64,000 bases of DNA. Source: Diplonema japonicum (Eukaryota > Protista > Euglenozoa: Diplonemea). The first letter of the stretch is position 1. Every line of letters begins with the position of its first letter. Below, piece by piece: positions 37,128-50,362 of this stretch. The stretch covers positions 1-64,000 of the forward strand of contig OZ025691.1 in NCBI GenBank assembly GCA_964019335.1, read 5' to 3'. Under the pieces are notes generated by a model. That model was given only the letters and a program-made list of their open reading frames with translations. It had not been told where the DNA came from and did not search any database. A program made the translations under genes and the position numbers.

Positions 37128-38235
37128 ATGAGCCTGTTTACAAGAAGACGCAAGTCGGAGAGCTCAGTGGTGAAGGAGGACTCAGGGACAAGCACTTCAA
37201 GCAGTCCACGACCTGCGCCGGCGGTGGGTCAGGTATTATCCACCTCCCTTCCCCCCCATGTATCTTTTATTCACAGGCTTTGAACTCCCCTCGAACAAGC
37301 CCTCAGAAGACAAGGCGTGCCACTATCTATGACAATCTCTTTTACCCTGTTGCTCACACGAAGGCGCAGCAAAAGGTCTCGAAGCACGACCAGCATGTAC
37401 GGTTTTATTTATTATTATTATTATTTTTTTTTTTTTTTTTTTTTTTTGAAAATAAAAAATCCTTTCAGATACTAGACGCGGCAGGGAAGCGCCGACTCTT
37501 CACTATGACTCCTGTGAACGCACACCTGGACTGCGGAAAAGGTAAGGGGAGGGGGAGGACGGGGGGGGGGGCAAAAAAGTTTTTTTTTAATAGACAAAAA
37601 CGAACTTGACTTCCTTCTCGACAAGTACCAACCAGAGTTTGAACAGATGGTGCCCTCCCTCTGCGATGCATTGAATGCAGTCATAGTGTCACACACTCTA
37701 GCTTCGCGAAGGAAGAGCGTAATGGTGTGTTGACGAAATATAAAAAAAAAAAAAAAAAAAAAAAGAGCGAAGAGAACAAATTCCTTTCCTACGACACCAG
37801 CACGGTCCCTGACATACCCCTGGAGGACTATATCTGGAGAATTTGCGACTACACGTACATCAGCCCCACCACTTTGTTGATGGCCTGCATCTATATCGAT
37901 CGCCTTATCTGCGAAGGGCTGATCCTGTCGCAGTTAAATGTTTACAAGTTGTTCTTCACCAGTGTCAGGGTGGCCTCGAAGGTGCATGAGCTTAGAAGTT
38001 TGAGCAACAAGAACTTCGCCGTGGTGGGTGGTGTTACCACAGAGCAGATGAACCAGTTGGAGTCATCTTTCATGCGGGACTTTAAGTGGAGGCTGTGGGT
38101 GGATCACGATTTATTCGTGCAATACTGCCAAAGGTATTTGTGGAGAAGGGATTTCAAAAAAAAAAAAAAAAAAAAAAAAAAAACAGGTTGATGCCACCTG
38201 GTGAAGTTGCTCGCCTTCCCCCCATCGGGAAATGA
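37128..38235 (+). CDS. PHO80/CYC2-type cyclin (6 exons)
   Basis: VPDIPLEDYIWRI..YTYISP..L..ACIYIDRL...VASK...FA.VGGV...MN.LE. Introns 37233-37276, 37397-37468, 37542-37593, 37725-37765, 38134-38186. Confidence 0.88.
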
Positions 38236-38350
38236 AAAGGGAAGGCGAAGGGAAGAGGAAGGAGTGAGGGGAGGGGGAAACAACACAAAAAAAAAAAAAA
38301 AAAAAAAAAAAAGGAAAGAAACCCTGTTGGCCAACAATGTAGGTAAGTCG

Positions 38351-38391
<41 letters not shown>

Positions 38392-38437
38392 AGATCTGTA
38401 ACTTTACGGGGTGGGGGTGACTTTCTTCGTCACCATT

Positions 38438-38480
<43 letters not shown>

Positions 38481-39192
38481 TCCACTTGAGCTCTACAAAA
38501 AAAGGTGACGGGGAGAGAGAGAGAGAAAAAAGGGGAGGGGAAAAAAGAAAGGGAAAGAGTGTCTCGTACATAAGAAAGAAAAATGAAACTAGAATAAGAA
38601 AAACAGGGGGTAAGGTGATACAGAGGGAAAGACGAAAAAAAGAGAAAAAAAGAAACGGACGCCTAGGGGGGAGGGGACCCAGACTGCAAAACATGGTGAG
38701 ATTCCCTACTTTAATTTTCTTCTTTTTTTGTTCCCGGGGGTGCACTCTGCCTCCCAAAATCTAGAAAAGAATGGGGGAGGGGTGTTACATTATCAAAGAG
38801 GTGGTCTTTCAGTTTTTTTTATTTTTTTATTTTTTTTATTTTTTTATATATTATTATTTCAAGAAAAACCCCCCCCCAAAAAAAGAAATAAAGAACCCCT
38901 GTATCATGTTCCCCCCCTTTATTCGTTTCTTTTTATTCTTTTTTTTTTTTTTTTTTTTATTATTTCCCCCTTCCCTCACGTTTGCTGTCCTGCTCATTAA
39001 TAAACCCCAATACTCTTAAAAATATTTATTTAAAATGAAAGATATTGTAATTATCAAAAAAGAAAAAAAAAAAAAAAAAGAAAAAAAAAAGAGAGAGAGA
39101 GAGAGAAATTGTTGGGGTAGTTGCGGGTTTGCGAAATAAACATTTCCTGTAAAGCCATTGTGCACAAATGAAAGAGAATTAGTTGTCTAATT

Positions 39193-39231
<39 letters not shown>

Positions 39232-40798
39232 GGCCTATGCAAAATGAGAAAAAAAGCCGATTTTTTTAGCACCTCTTCGTCCACTGCCCCGGAGGGAGGG
39301 GGGAAAAATGCTCTATTCTTCGGGTCCGGGTCGCAGAAGGTTTAATTTCGCCTCTACACCAACCCCTTACCCCCCCCCCCCCCCCTCTTGTGCCCTTCCA
39401 TTACACTAGCAACATGGTGCAACCTTTACTTTTCCTTTTTTTTTTTTTCTTTGAAGGTACAAACATTATTTCCTTTAAAAAGGGAAAGAAGAGGGGGAAA
39501 TTACACAAAAATGGTAAACAAAAAAAAAAACTTAGAGTGAGGGCGGAAGTGAGCACGAAATAGGGCGTGGAGGGAGGGGTGAGAGTCGAAGGAAGAAAAA
39601 AAAGGGGGGGGGGAGAGAGAGAGAGAGAAAGAAAGAAACAAGAAAATACCCGAAATAACAATAACACTAGCCTAGTTCTCACTTGTCCTCTTTGGGAAAA
39701 GAAGAAAAAAAAAGAAAGAAGGGGAAAGAAAAAAAAGAAGGAAAAAAAAAAAAAAAAAAAAAAAAAAACACACTCACGCCCTTACACTCCCTCCTCTTTA
39801 TGTCTTGTTGCGAAAGTCCCCTTTTTACTTTGTTTCACTCCCATGTCAAAAAAAAGGGGGGGGGGGAAAAGTGTATATTTTAGCTTCATTCAAGTCACAT
39901 TCACCTCAACGGTGAACAGAAATGTCACTTGGATGGCGTCAGCAAAAAAAAAAAAAAAAAGAACAAGAAAACCCCCCCTGTAAAATTTTCACTCTCCCCC
40001 TACGCACATTTTATGTTTTTTTTTTTCTTCTCCTTTCAGCAAGATCTTGTTCCTTCGGTATCTATACGATGGTAGTGGTGGTGGGGGGGTGATGCATTTC
40101 TTTTTTTTTTCTTTTGTGGTTTTTAACAACTTATCTGTCTGAGTTTAAAAAAAAAAAGAAAGAAAGAACAAAAGAGACAGGCCTACTTACATTGGGAAAT
40201 AGCTTCTTTTAAGAGCCCCCCCCCCCCCCCCGATTGCACAAACAATAGCCCCACGATTTGTATTCTTTTCGGAAGCAGGGAGACTGACTTGTCCGCGAAG
40301 CAAGTTCTGTTTCGTCCCCCTATTTTTATTTCTCTTTAGAGAGTCTTGATGCGATGGGCTTGTGCAAAAAAAAAAAGAAAACATGAGGGGGAGAAAAAAA
40401 AACATATACAAGCTCTCAAATTATTTATATTACCTCCCCCACCCCCACTTCTCTCCATCCATCTTCCCATCTACATAGTGCGGTTATCTTCTTTTTTTTT
40501 TCCCTTCAATTTTTTTTAACACAACGAAAGAAGAAGAGGAAAGGGGGAGGAAAGGAAAAAAAAAGTGGGGGGAAGGCCCCTCTATCTTTTTTTTTTTTTT
40601 GCTTTTCTCGCTTTTTTTTTTTTTTTTTTTTTTTTTTTTCCTCTTTTTTTTATTTCGTTCCCTCCTCTCCCACCCCCCTTCCCCCTCTCGTTCCCCACCA
40701 TTCTTACTGGAAAAAAAATTTTTGGAAAAAAGAAAAAAAAAAAAAAAAACAATGACAAAAAGAAAATTACACACACACAAAGAGGGGGGGAAGGGGAA

Positions 40799-41683
40799 AT
40801 GTTGAGAATCGTGCAGCGAACCTTCCGGCGGTGCTACCATGATGATATTTTCGACGAAGGGCTAGACGAAGTAATGGGCCCCCCATTGAACTACGAGACA
40901 GGAGATAATCTAGCAGAGGGCGTCAGACAGTACAAAAACCTATGCGTGCGAGTCGGCGACGGCACAGGTTGCCTGTTCAGGATGGACAGGGATAACCGAA
41001 CAAGAACTATACTCCGAGGGGAGATCGCCGTCCTCACATCAACAAGAGCCATCGCTCAGTGCAAGGGAACGAAACACATGGTTCGCACCATCCCTAAAGT
41101 GCAGGGCGAAGACAATGAAAGTAACAGTCTAGGCGTCTTCGACGAAGCAGTCGACCTCCCAGTACAAGCTGTGTACATGCAAAAAAAAATTTCTGTCAGC
41201 GAATCAACACGAACAGGTTCGATAACAGCCGACCACGGCCTTACCATCATCAAGCTGCCTCGTGCGGTGCAGCAGCACTTTGCAAAGTTCTCCTTCCCCA
41301 CCATAGGCCCCCCGATTCGTAACGGGTACTACCTCTACTCGGCGTCGTGGGACACACAGCGCAACGTAGTTGTGGGGAACCAAGGCACGATTGACTGTCT
41401 CCTTCCAACCCCGGGCATTACCGAGTTCGGCCCTGGGGAATGGTCCCCTAGCTTCACAGGATCACCCCTCTTCATGTCTGACACAATGGCAAACCCACCC
41501 AAAGGCGTCAAGCAAGCTGCTCACAAAGACACCTCTGTCAAGCTAATCGGTGCCGTTGCCGAGAATGACCACTCCGATCCTTATAACCCGATAGTCCGGG
41601 TCGCTTCTTTGAATTACGCGTTAATGTTCCCAATGGCACAAGCCACATGGACAGGGAGTAGGTGGAAGGTGGACTATCTTTAG
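40799..41683 (+). CDS. Probable mitochondrial trypsin-fold pseudoprotease
   Basis: Presequence MLRIVQRTFRRCY. GTGCLF / VLTSTRAI / HGLTIIKL / FTGSPLF parallel the trypsin-2 motifs with catalytic residues changed. Confidence 0.6.
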   Translation: MLRIVQRTFRRCYHDDIFDEGLDEVMGPPLNYETGDNLAEGVRQYKNLCVRVGDGTGCLFRMDRDNRTRTILRGEIAVLTSTRAIAQCKGTKHMVRTIPKVQGEDNESNSLGVFDEAVDLPVQAVYMQKKISVSESTRTGSITADHGLTIIKLPRAVQQHFAKFSFPTIGPPIRNGYYLYSASWDTQRNVVVGNQGTIDCLLPTPGITEFGPGEWSPSFTGSPLFMSDTMANPPKGVKQAAHKDTSVKLIGAVAENDHSDPYNPIVRVASLNYALMFPMAQATWTGSRWKVDYL

Positions 41684-41816
41684 AAAAACCCGATTTTGTT
41701 ATTTCATGCAGAATATAAAAAAAAATTAAAAAAGGCCAAACAAAAACCCACAGGAGGGAGGGAGGGAGGGGGGTAGAGGGAGAGTGTGGGAAGAGGCCCG
41801 CACAGTACCATTATCG

Positions 41817-44800
41817 ATGGCGTCCTTCAACGTTGCCATTCCATTGGTGAACAGTAATTACATCGAGTCTGATGATGGGGGCGATCTCAGCCCGACTTCA
41901 GCCATCGGCGAAGACGAGCTACTGGCACGGCTCTACAACAACAGTACGCCTGCTCTGATGGACCTCGAGGTGACCGTCACAGAGGGTGTGGATCTCTGCT
42001 CAGAGTGCGCCGTCGAGATGACAGACGGGAAAGACACCTTCTGCACAAGGTCAGCCCCAGGTCCTAATCCCGCGTGGGCTGAGTCTTTTGCGTTCCGTGT
42101 GTCGTCGAAAAGCTCCGACGTTGCGATGATCACGTTCAGTCTTCTGCAGCAGGGCAGGGTGCACAGCACTGCCACCTTCCCCTTCACCCCCTCTGTGCTG
42201 TACAGCAGGATCGATAAGACGTGGTCGTCCAGCATACCCCTCTCCCCAGGGGCTATTTATGTGCGGCTTAGCACAACCATGTCCCCTGATGTCCCCCTAT
42301 CTGAGACGCTCCCCCCGTCGACCCGTTCCATGCTGCGTCCCACCCCGCCCCTTCCCCCTTCAGAGCCCATGTACGCCACCCGGCCTGCGATCCTGGAGTC
42401 CGCGCCGGCGTCCGCGCATGTGGAGCCACAGCCTTCGCAGATGGTTGCGAAATTTACCGATCCATTCCCGCAGATCGAGAGCTTCAGCAACCCCGCTGAG
42501 GCGCCCGCGCCCCCTCCTCCGCCTTCCCTGGGCCTCCCACAACGCAAAAGCCGAACACGTGAGACACGCCCTCCCTCCCTGACACCAACTACCACACCGC
42601 GAACCCACGCCGAGGGCACCGAGACCGTGTGGCGCAACAGAGCGCAATCTCTTTCTCGAGAGCTTGACGAGCTGAAAATGAAGGACAACTTAAGATCAGA
42701 ACTGCAGAGGGACCAGCAGCTGGCCGACGCTGAGTCACGGGCCTCGAAAGCAGAACGCCGGCTGTACGAGAAGGAAGTGGAAATGGTCAACATGGTGAGC
42801 AAGATGGCGTCTGCTAATGAACAGGAGGCCAACGCAGAGCAGCGGTACTTCGAGCTGGAGATGGAGAGGGACTCCGCTTTTGCAAAGGTTGCCGAGCTGA
42901 AGACACGGCTGACCACAGCGGAGTTTGAGGCAAGAAGAGAGTCCTGTGCTGCGAGGAAGGTTAGTGAGGTGTCAATGCGTGCCCTGTTGATCTCGGAGCA
43001 GAGCAGAGAGGAAGCTGTGCGACAAGCCATTGAAGCAGAGCACCAGTTGGCCCTTCAGTCAAATATCACAGACAGCACAAGCGACATTAACACCTTGAAG
43101 CTAGCAGAACGGTACAATATGCTTCAAGAGTCGCACGGGACAGAGAAGGATGATCTGTGCAGGTCCATCAAAAGCCTTGAGGAAAAGGTGGGCGAAGCGT
43201 CTACTGTGATGACAGACATGCAAGTGGCACATAAGGTATGATGCCAATAGAACACAGCACATCACTCACAGAAGGAGCTAGTCAGACTGCGGCATGAGCT
43301 AGAGTCAGCTTCTGGGGACGACGTGCTCTTGTATGAAGAAGAGCTGAAGGACGCAAGACAGGAAATCGAACGCTTGCATCAAGGACATGCACAGCTTGAA
43401 GCGAAGCACAAGGTAGACCGCCATGCATGCACTAACAACAAACAGGAGGCTTTACTGCAGTCGAAGGATAATAATCACCGCAAGCTGGATGCCAAGTTAC
43501 AGCGCATGACTGCATTACGTGACATACACAGAGAGGACTGCTCTCTGCTTCTTGCTAAATACAAAGCTCTCTCTCTCTCCAGGCGGTACTGGGATAAGGT
43601 GTGAATTACTTTTCATTCTTTTTAAAAGCACCCACAGCTTCACCATCTCGTGAATGGTCGAAAGGACTTTACGAACAAGAAGAAGGAAGCTGCTCTCTTG
43701 AAGCGGAAGAACTATCTCCTCATCCTGGCACACGGCTTCAGGCTGTTGGCCCTTCATCAAGAGAAAAAGAGCCGTGCGTGGAGCCCCGAGCCCCCCTCAG
43801 TCGACTACGAGCCTGTCATAGAACTGGAAGTGAAAGAGACAAGTTTTCACCAAGGTAGGGAACAATCTCCTAAACCGCTTCTGGAGGAAAAACAGAGCAG
43901 CGTGCATGTAAAGAGGCAAGATGAGGAATTGGAAGTGAGGCAACAGAGCACCCATGTGGAGAAGGAGAGGGAAAAGCTTGAAGTCAGGCAACAGAGCTCT
44001 CATGTCGAGAGGCCTAACGAAGAACTAGAAGCACGGCAGCAGAGCATCCATGTCGAGAGGCCAGTTGAGCCGCTTGAAGTACGGCAGGGCAGCCTGCACC
44101 ACGAAAAGCCTGACGAGCCATTGTCTGCAAGAGCGGAGAGCATTCACACAGAGCAAATGCACAGTCCTCTGGAAGTGCGGCAAAGCAGTGTTCACCTGGA
44201 ACGGGAACCGGAACGGGCTGAAGTGTTGTTATTTGTACACACAAGCTACATACAAAACGAGAGGACAGCGCTGCCCTTGGTGGTGCAGAGCAGCATGACG
44301 TATGCGATCCCTCAGCAGGGCAATGAAGAGCAACCGCAAACCGTACTGGGGGTAAGACAGACCAGCCTACATAACGAGCGAACTGAGAGTACCGAAAGAA
44401 CAACGGAACCTTTGGAAATAAGACAGAGCAGCATGCATAAAGAAGCGGAGAGTAGCAATAGAGATGAGACACTAGAAGTGCGACAGGGCAGCTTACACCA
44501 CGAGAAGCACGAGGAAGTGCTAGAAGGAAGGGCAGAAAGCATGCACAACGAGAAGCACACAGAAGAACTAGAGGAGCAAGCAGAAAGCGTGCACAACGTG
44601 AAACATGAAGAAATGCTGGAAGGAAGGGCGGAAAGCGTGCACCACGAGAAACACGAAGAAGTGCTAGAAGGAAGGGCAGAAAGCATGCACAACGAGAAGC
44701 ACACAGAAGAACTAAAAGAGCGAGCAGAAAGCGTGCACGTGGAAAGAACGCCAATCCCACTGGAAGTCAGGCAAAGCAGTATCCATGTAGAACACGAAGC

Positions 44801-45356
44801 ACACAAACCACAAGCCGAAGAGGTTCAAAAGCCATCTGGAAATGCAGGTGTTGACACTGAAAGGGGAACGTCGCCAAATCCTGTGGAGAGGCCTGAAGAA
44901 GTAAACGTAGTAGAGCTTGAAGTCAGACAAGCGAGCATTCAAGTCGAGAAGGAGAGCATTCAGGTCGGTGACACTACGTCCAGCGACCTCAGCCAAATAA
45001 GCCCCGAGCTAAGCGGGATAGCAAAAGTTGTCCAAGAAGAGAGGGAGGCAAGAAGGGAGCTTGCTGTGCTGGAAGAGTCCATCAGCAGCGAGCGGACAGC
45101 AGGCTGTGCATTGCTTATGGACGTCATGGGCACGCACCATGTGCGGAACACTGAATTGGTCGCGCTGCTAAGCACGGGGCTTGGGACGGCACCCTCTGAC
45201 GAGCCCAGCGATCGACATGCTATGCATCTTGCAGCTGCTGTCCTTGCTGATCTGACCAAGCTTCGAGTGCTTGTGCAGAATAATTACTATGCGGCGGCCG
45301 ACCGGGCCTCCGCCATGCATGATCTCCATGCTGCCCTCGAAGAGCACACCGCTTAG
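41817..45356 (+). CDS. C2-domain, coiled-coil, 16-aa-repeat protein (introns 43236-43271, 43413-43445, 43599-43637)
   Basis: C2 motif PNPAWAESFAF, Pro-rich linker, coiled coil, LEVRQSSxHxE repeats. Introns join the ORFs in frame. Confidence 0.8.
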
Positions 45357-45511
45357 ACTGCGGGTTTGTTGTTAGAAAGTAGATGTATTGTTCTTATTGC
45401 CAGTTTTTTTTTTCTTCTTTTTTTGCGTGCATTGGGGGGGATGGGGCGGGCGGGGCATTCAGAGCAACGCTTCAAAGAGAGTTGGACTACCTTCCGTGGT
45501 TGTAGTAATTT

Positions 45512-47670
45512 TGTGATGATTAGAAACATACATGTCGAGATCTTACGAGGGGCGCTAATCACGTCTCCGATGACACGTTCAATGTATAGTCCCTTAAGAA
45601 GGATGAACACTGTGCGGAACGTGGGAGACAAACAGGACAAAGCGTGCTATCTTTCTCGCATGCACCACGTGTGCTGCGGGGTGCTCAAGTACTCAAGAGA
45701 TGCCCCTTGACAAGGGTAAGAAGAGGGTACCATGCCAACCCCAGTTTTAGTTGTTTTCATGATGCAGAAAAACATATTCAAACTATAACACCATCTTTCG
45801 ATTGAGGCCTCCCTTCAAAGGGATACTGTGAAACGGAAACCTCCCACCACTGACACATGCGAGGTGACCTTGATGCCTTGCTCTGGGGTGCCGTCACAAG
45901 AAGTGCAACAATCATCCTTGCAGCGCTGGCCGTGCGGTGTGAGATCCTCATGTGCACGAGACGACATGGGTGGATCGCAATAATTACTCCCACCTAATGA
46001 TGCAGAAACACATGTTCATAACACCATCTTTCGATTGAGGCCTCCCTTCAAAGGGATACTGTGAAACGGAAACCTCCCACCACTGATTGGCATTCTTCTT
46101 GCCGTCGCCCGGTGACCGGAAGAACTTTTGCCCCAAGTATTTGATGATTCCCTGGGAGATTCTTTTTGCTTGGCTTGGAGGTGCGTATCTGTTGTCCAAT
46201 TGACGATAAGTAGTTGCGATTTGGAAGTGCAACAATCATCCTTGCAGCGCTGGCCGTGCGGTGTGAGATCCTCATGTGCACGAGACTTTCTGGTGGAAAC
46301 AGCAATTAAATGACACTCATGTCCCAACATTGTGATGATTAGAAACATACATGTCGAGATCTTACGAGGGGCGCTAATCACGTCTCCGATGACACGTTCA
46401 ATGTATAGTCCCTTAAGAAGGATGAACACTGTGCGGAACGTGGGAGACAAACAGGACAAAGCGTGCTATCTTTCTCGCATGCACCACGTGTGCTGCGGGG
46501 TGCTCAAGTACTCAAGAAGAGATGCCCTCTCCACAGGGCAAGAAGGGACTCATCAAGGTAGCCCGTGAGCGGTGCTCAAGTACACGAGGTGCCCCTCCTG
46601 GCAGGGGAAGAAAGGGCATAAACCAGTTCTCATGATGCAGAAAAACATATTCAAACTATAACACCATCTTTCGATTGAGGCCTCCCTTCAAAGGGGCACT
46701 GTGAAACGGAAACCTCCCACCACTGACACATGCAAGGTTGACCTTGATTCCTTGCTCTGGGGTGCCATCCACGGAAGTGCAACAATCATCCTTGCAGCGC
46801 TGGCCGTGCGGTGTGAGATCCTCATGTGCACGAGACTTCATGGGTGGATCGCAATAATTTACTCCTCACCAAATGATGCAGAAACACATGTTCATAACAC
46901 CATCTTTCGATTGAGGCCTCCCTTCAAAGGAATACTGTGAAACGGAAACCTCCCACCACTGATTGGCTGCTTTTTGGGTGATTCTTCCCGGTGCCCCGGA
47001 ATTGCTTTTATGTCCAGCTTTTTTGTGATGATTAGAAACATACATGTCGAGATCTTACGAGGGGCGCTAATCACGTCTCCGATGACACGTTCAATGTATA
47101 GTCCCTTAAGAAGGATGAACACTGTGCGGAACGTGGGAGACAAACAGGACAAAGCGTGCTATCTTTCTCGCATGCACCACGTGTGCTGCGGGGTGCTCAA
47201 GTACTCAAGAGATGCCCCTTGACAAGGGTAAGAAGAGGGTACCGTGTCAACCCCAGTTTTAGTTGTTTTCAGGACACGAAAAAACATATTCAATTGATAA
47301 TAATTAAGTGCAACAATCATCCTTGCAGCGCTGGCCGTGCGGTGTGAGATCCTCATGTGCACGAGACGACATGGGTGGATCGCAATAATTTATTCCTCAC
47401 CAAATGATGCAGAAACACATGTTCATAACACCATCTTTCGATTGAGGCCCCCTTCAAAGGGATACTGTGAAACGGAAACCTCCCACCACTGATTGGCTGC
47501 TTTTTGGGTGCTGTTGCGCAAGTACTCCAAATGCCCCTGACAAGGGTAAGAAGAAGGACACCGGTTTTAGTTGTTTTCATGATGCAGAAAAACATATTCA
47601 AACTATAACACCATCTTTCGATTGAGGCCTCCCTTTCAAAAGGGACACTGTGAAACGAAAACCTCCCACC
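45512..47670 (+). ncRNA. Repeated polycistronic snoRNA cluster (box C/D and single-hairpin AGA types)
   Basis: Unit Z (ATGATGC...TTGA...CTGA) x6 carries CACCATCTTTCG, complementary to conserved LSU rRNA CGAAAGAUGGUG. Unit W hairpin ending in AGA x4. 187-nt unit X x3. Confidence 0.75.
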
Positions 47671-47751
47671 CCCAAAACTTTTACAATTTACATCACTTTC
47701 CCAGACACGGGGCAGCAGGGGGGGTAGTAACGGATTTCACATGATACAAAG

Positions 47752-50292
47752 ATGACCCGTGGGCGGCTGATAATAAGCGCACAGCGCAAGAGCGACTGGG
47801 ACACGATCGATTGGACATATGAAGAGGAAGCACATATCCAGTACAAAGCCGACAGGAGGAACAATGCTGAAGGCGCGTCGGAGTTCGGAAAATGGACGTT
47901 CAAAGCGAGGGAAAACCTGATGGGGTGGATACCAGTGTTGATCGTAGGCGGGGTGACGGGCGTGTTGGCAGGAATGATAGACATCGCCTCACAGTTTCTT
48001 GGAACCTGGCGGTTTGGGATGTGTCGTTCGATGCCGTGGCTGGCAAGGGACATGTGCTGTCCAGGGGCCACACCCTGTGACGATTGGGTACCTTGGAGCT
48101 CCTCGATGATCTCATGGGTACCGTATCCGGAGTTCACTGCCTACGTCACCATTTCAGTGTTTTACGGAGTTCTGTGTGCCTGGTTGGTCATAACGTACTC
48201 CCCGTATGCTGCAGGGTCTGGTATCCCCGAGATTAAAACCATTTTGTCCGGCATTCATATCAAACGATACCTAGGCTTCTGGACGCTGTTCATCAAATGT
48301 ATCGGGTTGTCGCTATCGGTAGGATCCGGACTGTCGCTTGGGAAGGAAGGGCCCTTTGTGCACGTGTCAACTTGTGTTGGGAACTTGATATCAAACCTGT
48401 TCATGAAGTACAAACATCATGAGTCGAAGAAACGGGAAATGTTGTCGGCGTCCTGCGCGGCGGGGGTTGCGGTCGCCTTCGGTGCCCCCATCGGCGGTGT
48501 TTTATTCTCCCTCGAGGAAGCAAGCTACTATTTCCCGCACAAAACAATGTGGCGCGCGTTTTTTTGCGCGGTCGTCGCAGCGCTTGTGTTGAAAAGCATC
48601 GACCCGTCTAATCTGGGTTCACTGGTCATGTTCAAGGTAGATTACAACCACCCGTGGCATTGGTTTGAACTCGTTCCCCACGCCTTGATGGGGATCATAG
48701 GGGGTGTTATAGGTGCAGTATTCAACTCGATGAACACGAGGTGGATCAGATACAAACGCGCAACAGGTATTTCAGAGTACGCGTTGACGGAAGCGTTCCT
48801 AGTCACGCTCATAACAGCAGTTTGCAACTTCTCGATCCCATATCTGAAAGGCTCGTCTACGGAATTTCTGTCTCAGATTTTCAGGGAGTGCAGGCCTGAC
48901 GAGACGGACGGGCTTTGCGAGTACGGGTCTGAAGAGCTTCCGACGAATCTATTAATAGCAGGGATGACAAAACTCGTGTTAACAATTTTCACGTTTGGGA
49001 TCAAAGTCCCCGCGGGTCTATTTGTCCCGTCGCTCTTTGTCGGAGCCTGCACCGGCCGGCTGCTTGGGATGTGGGTCAAGGCAATCTACTCCCAATATCA
49101 ATTCTCATACCTCTTCACAGAATGCGCGGGACAACCTCACGCAACCTGCATTATACCCGGTATCTACGCCATTGTGGGCGCGGCATCTGTTTTGGGAGGC
49201 GTAACCCGTATGACCCTGTCTTTGGTTGTTATTGTGTTTGAATTAACCGGCGGGTTGGAGTATCTTGTCCCGGTCATGCTTGCGGTTATTATTTCGAAAT
49301 GGGTCGGTGAGTGGGTTGGGGGCAGGCAGTCTATCTATGAGCTTCACATTCTGATGAATGGATACCCGTACCTGGACCCGAAGATAGAGCTTAGGAGTAC
49401 AGACACAGTAGCCGATCTGATGGAAGCTCAAGATTTGAAAACAGTCGCCGCAACGGGATGGAAGATCTCTGATGTACAAGATTTGCTTGAATCATGTGAC
49501 TACAAAGGCTTTCCGGTGGTGAACACAGCCGACAAGATAGTCGGATGGATACTACGAAAGAATCTGACGCAAGCCATCGAGACAGCACGGGGGCAGCATT
49601 TAAACATCAGCGAAACCACAGGGATCGTGTTGCTCGATGGTTATGTGAACCATGGGGAGGCGGACGTCGTGGACGCTTCGTGGTTTGTGGACTCGACTCC
49701 CATGCAGATCTCAAAGGGGACTTCGGTATGAGCAGAAAAAACAACTTCAAGATTCAATATGCTTCCCTGCCACCATTAGTTTTTTTTTTTTTTTTTTTTT
49801 GCCCTGTTTCCTTGGTTTCTGTCCATTTTGTGGGGGAGAAAAAAAAAAATCAGATACCTGATTTAGTTCAATTTAAAAAAAAAAAAGGTGAATCGTCTTC
49901 TCCAGCTGTTTAAGTCGCTTGGGTTGCGGTCTATTCTCGTTGCCCATCATTCGACTCTCCAAGGCATTATCACTAGGAAGGATGTGTTGGAATACGTGGC
50001 GCGTTACGAGTTGCACGAGGACACTAGCTCTACCTTCGCTGTTTCACCGCGGGAGGCGGAACAGGTGCACGGCCATGGGGAGCAAGCGGGGGTGGAGCGA
50101 TTTCAAGCACCCCCGCTTAACGTGGTGTCGCCCACCTTGACACGAGAAGCCTCTGCACGGGTATGGGGTCGGGAAACAAAAAGAAAAAAAAAGAAAAGAA
50201 AAAAAATCTTACAGAGGATAACATCAGGGATGCAGAATGCACCGAAGCCAAAACGCCCTGGGAAAGTGATCAAGATGGAAGGAGATAGGTGA
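47752..50292 (+). CDS. CLC family Cl-/H+ antiporter (ClC-3/4/5, Gef1-like) with CBS domains
   Basis: GSGIPE, GKEGP, LFSLEE, GLFVP signatures. Introns 49726-49887 and 50161-50214. Confidence 0.95.
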
Positions 50293-50362
50293 ACACGGAA
50301 TAATTACACCCAAGCCACTATGGCAGGCGGATACTTTGGCTAGAGAGGCGGATTTTATTTAC

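Noticed and set aside
45831-45842. ACGGAAACCT complement to SSU helix 45 (U13/snR45-like)
   Set aside because: Helix 45 differs in euglenozoans as I recall it, and the match is not adjacent to box D. It cannot be supported without the native rRNA.
45512-47670. CRISPR-like array, or the repeated ORFs (MSCLSPTFRT..., MIRNIHVEIL...)
   Set aside because: Modules are 60-190 nt with irregular order, there are no cas genes, and snoRNA boxes plus rRNA complementarity explain them. The ORFs are incidental.
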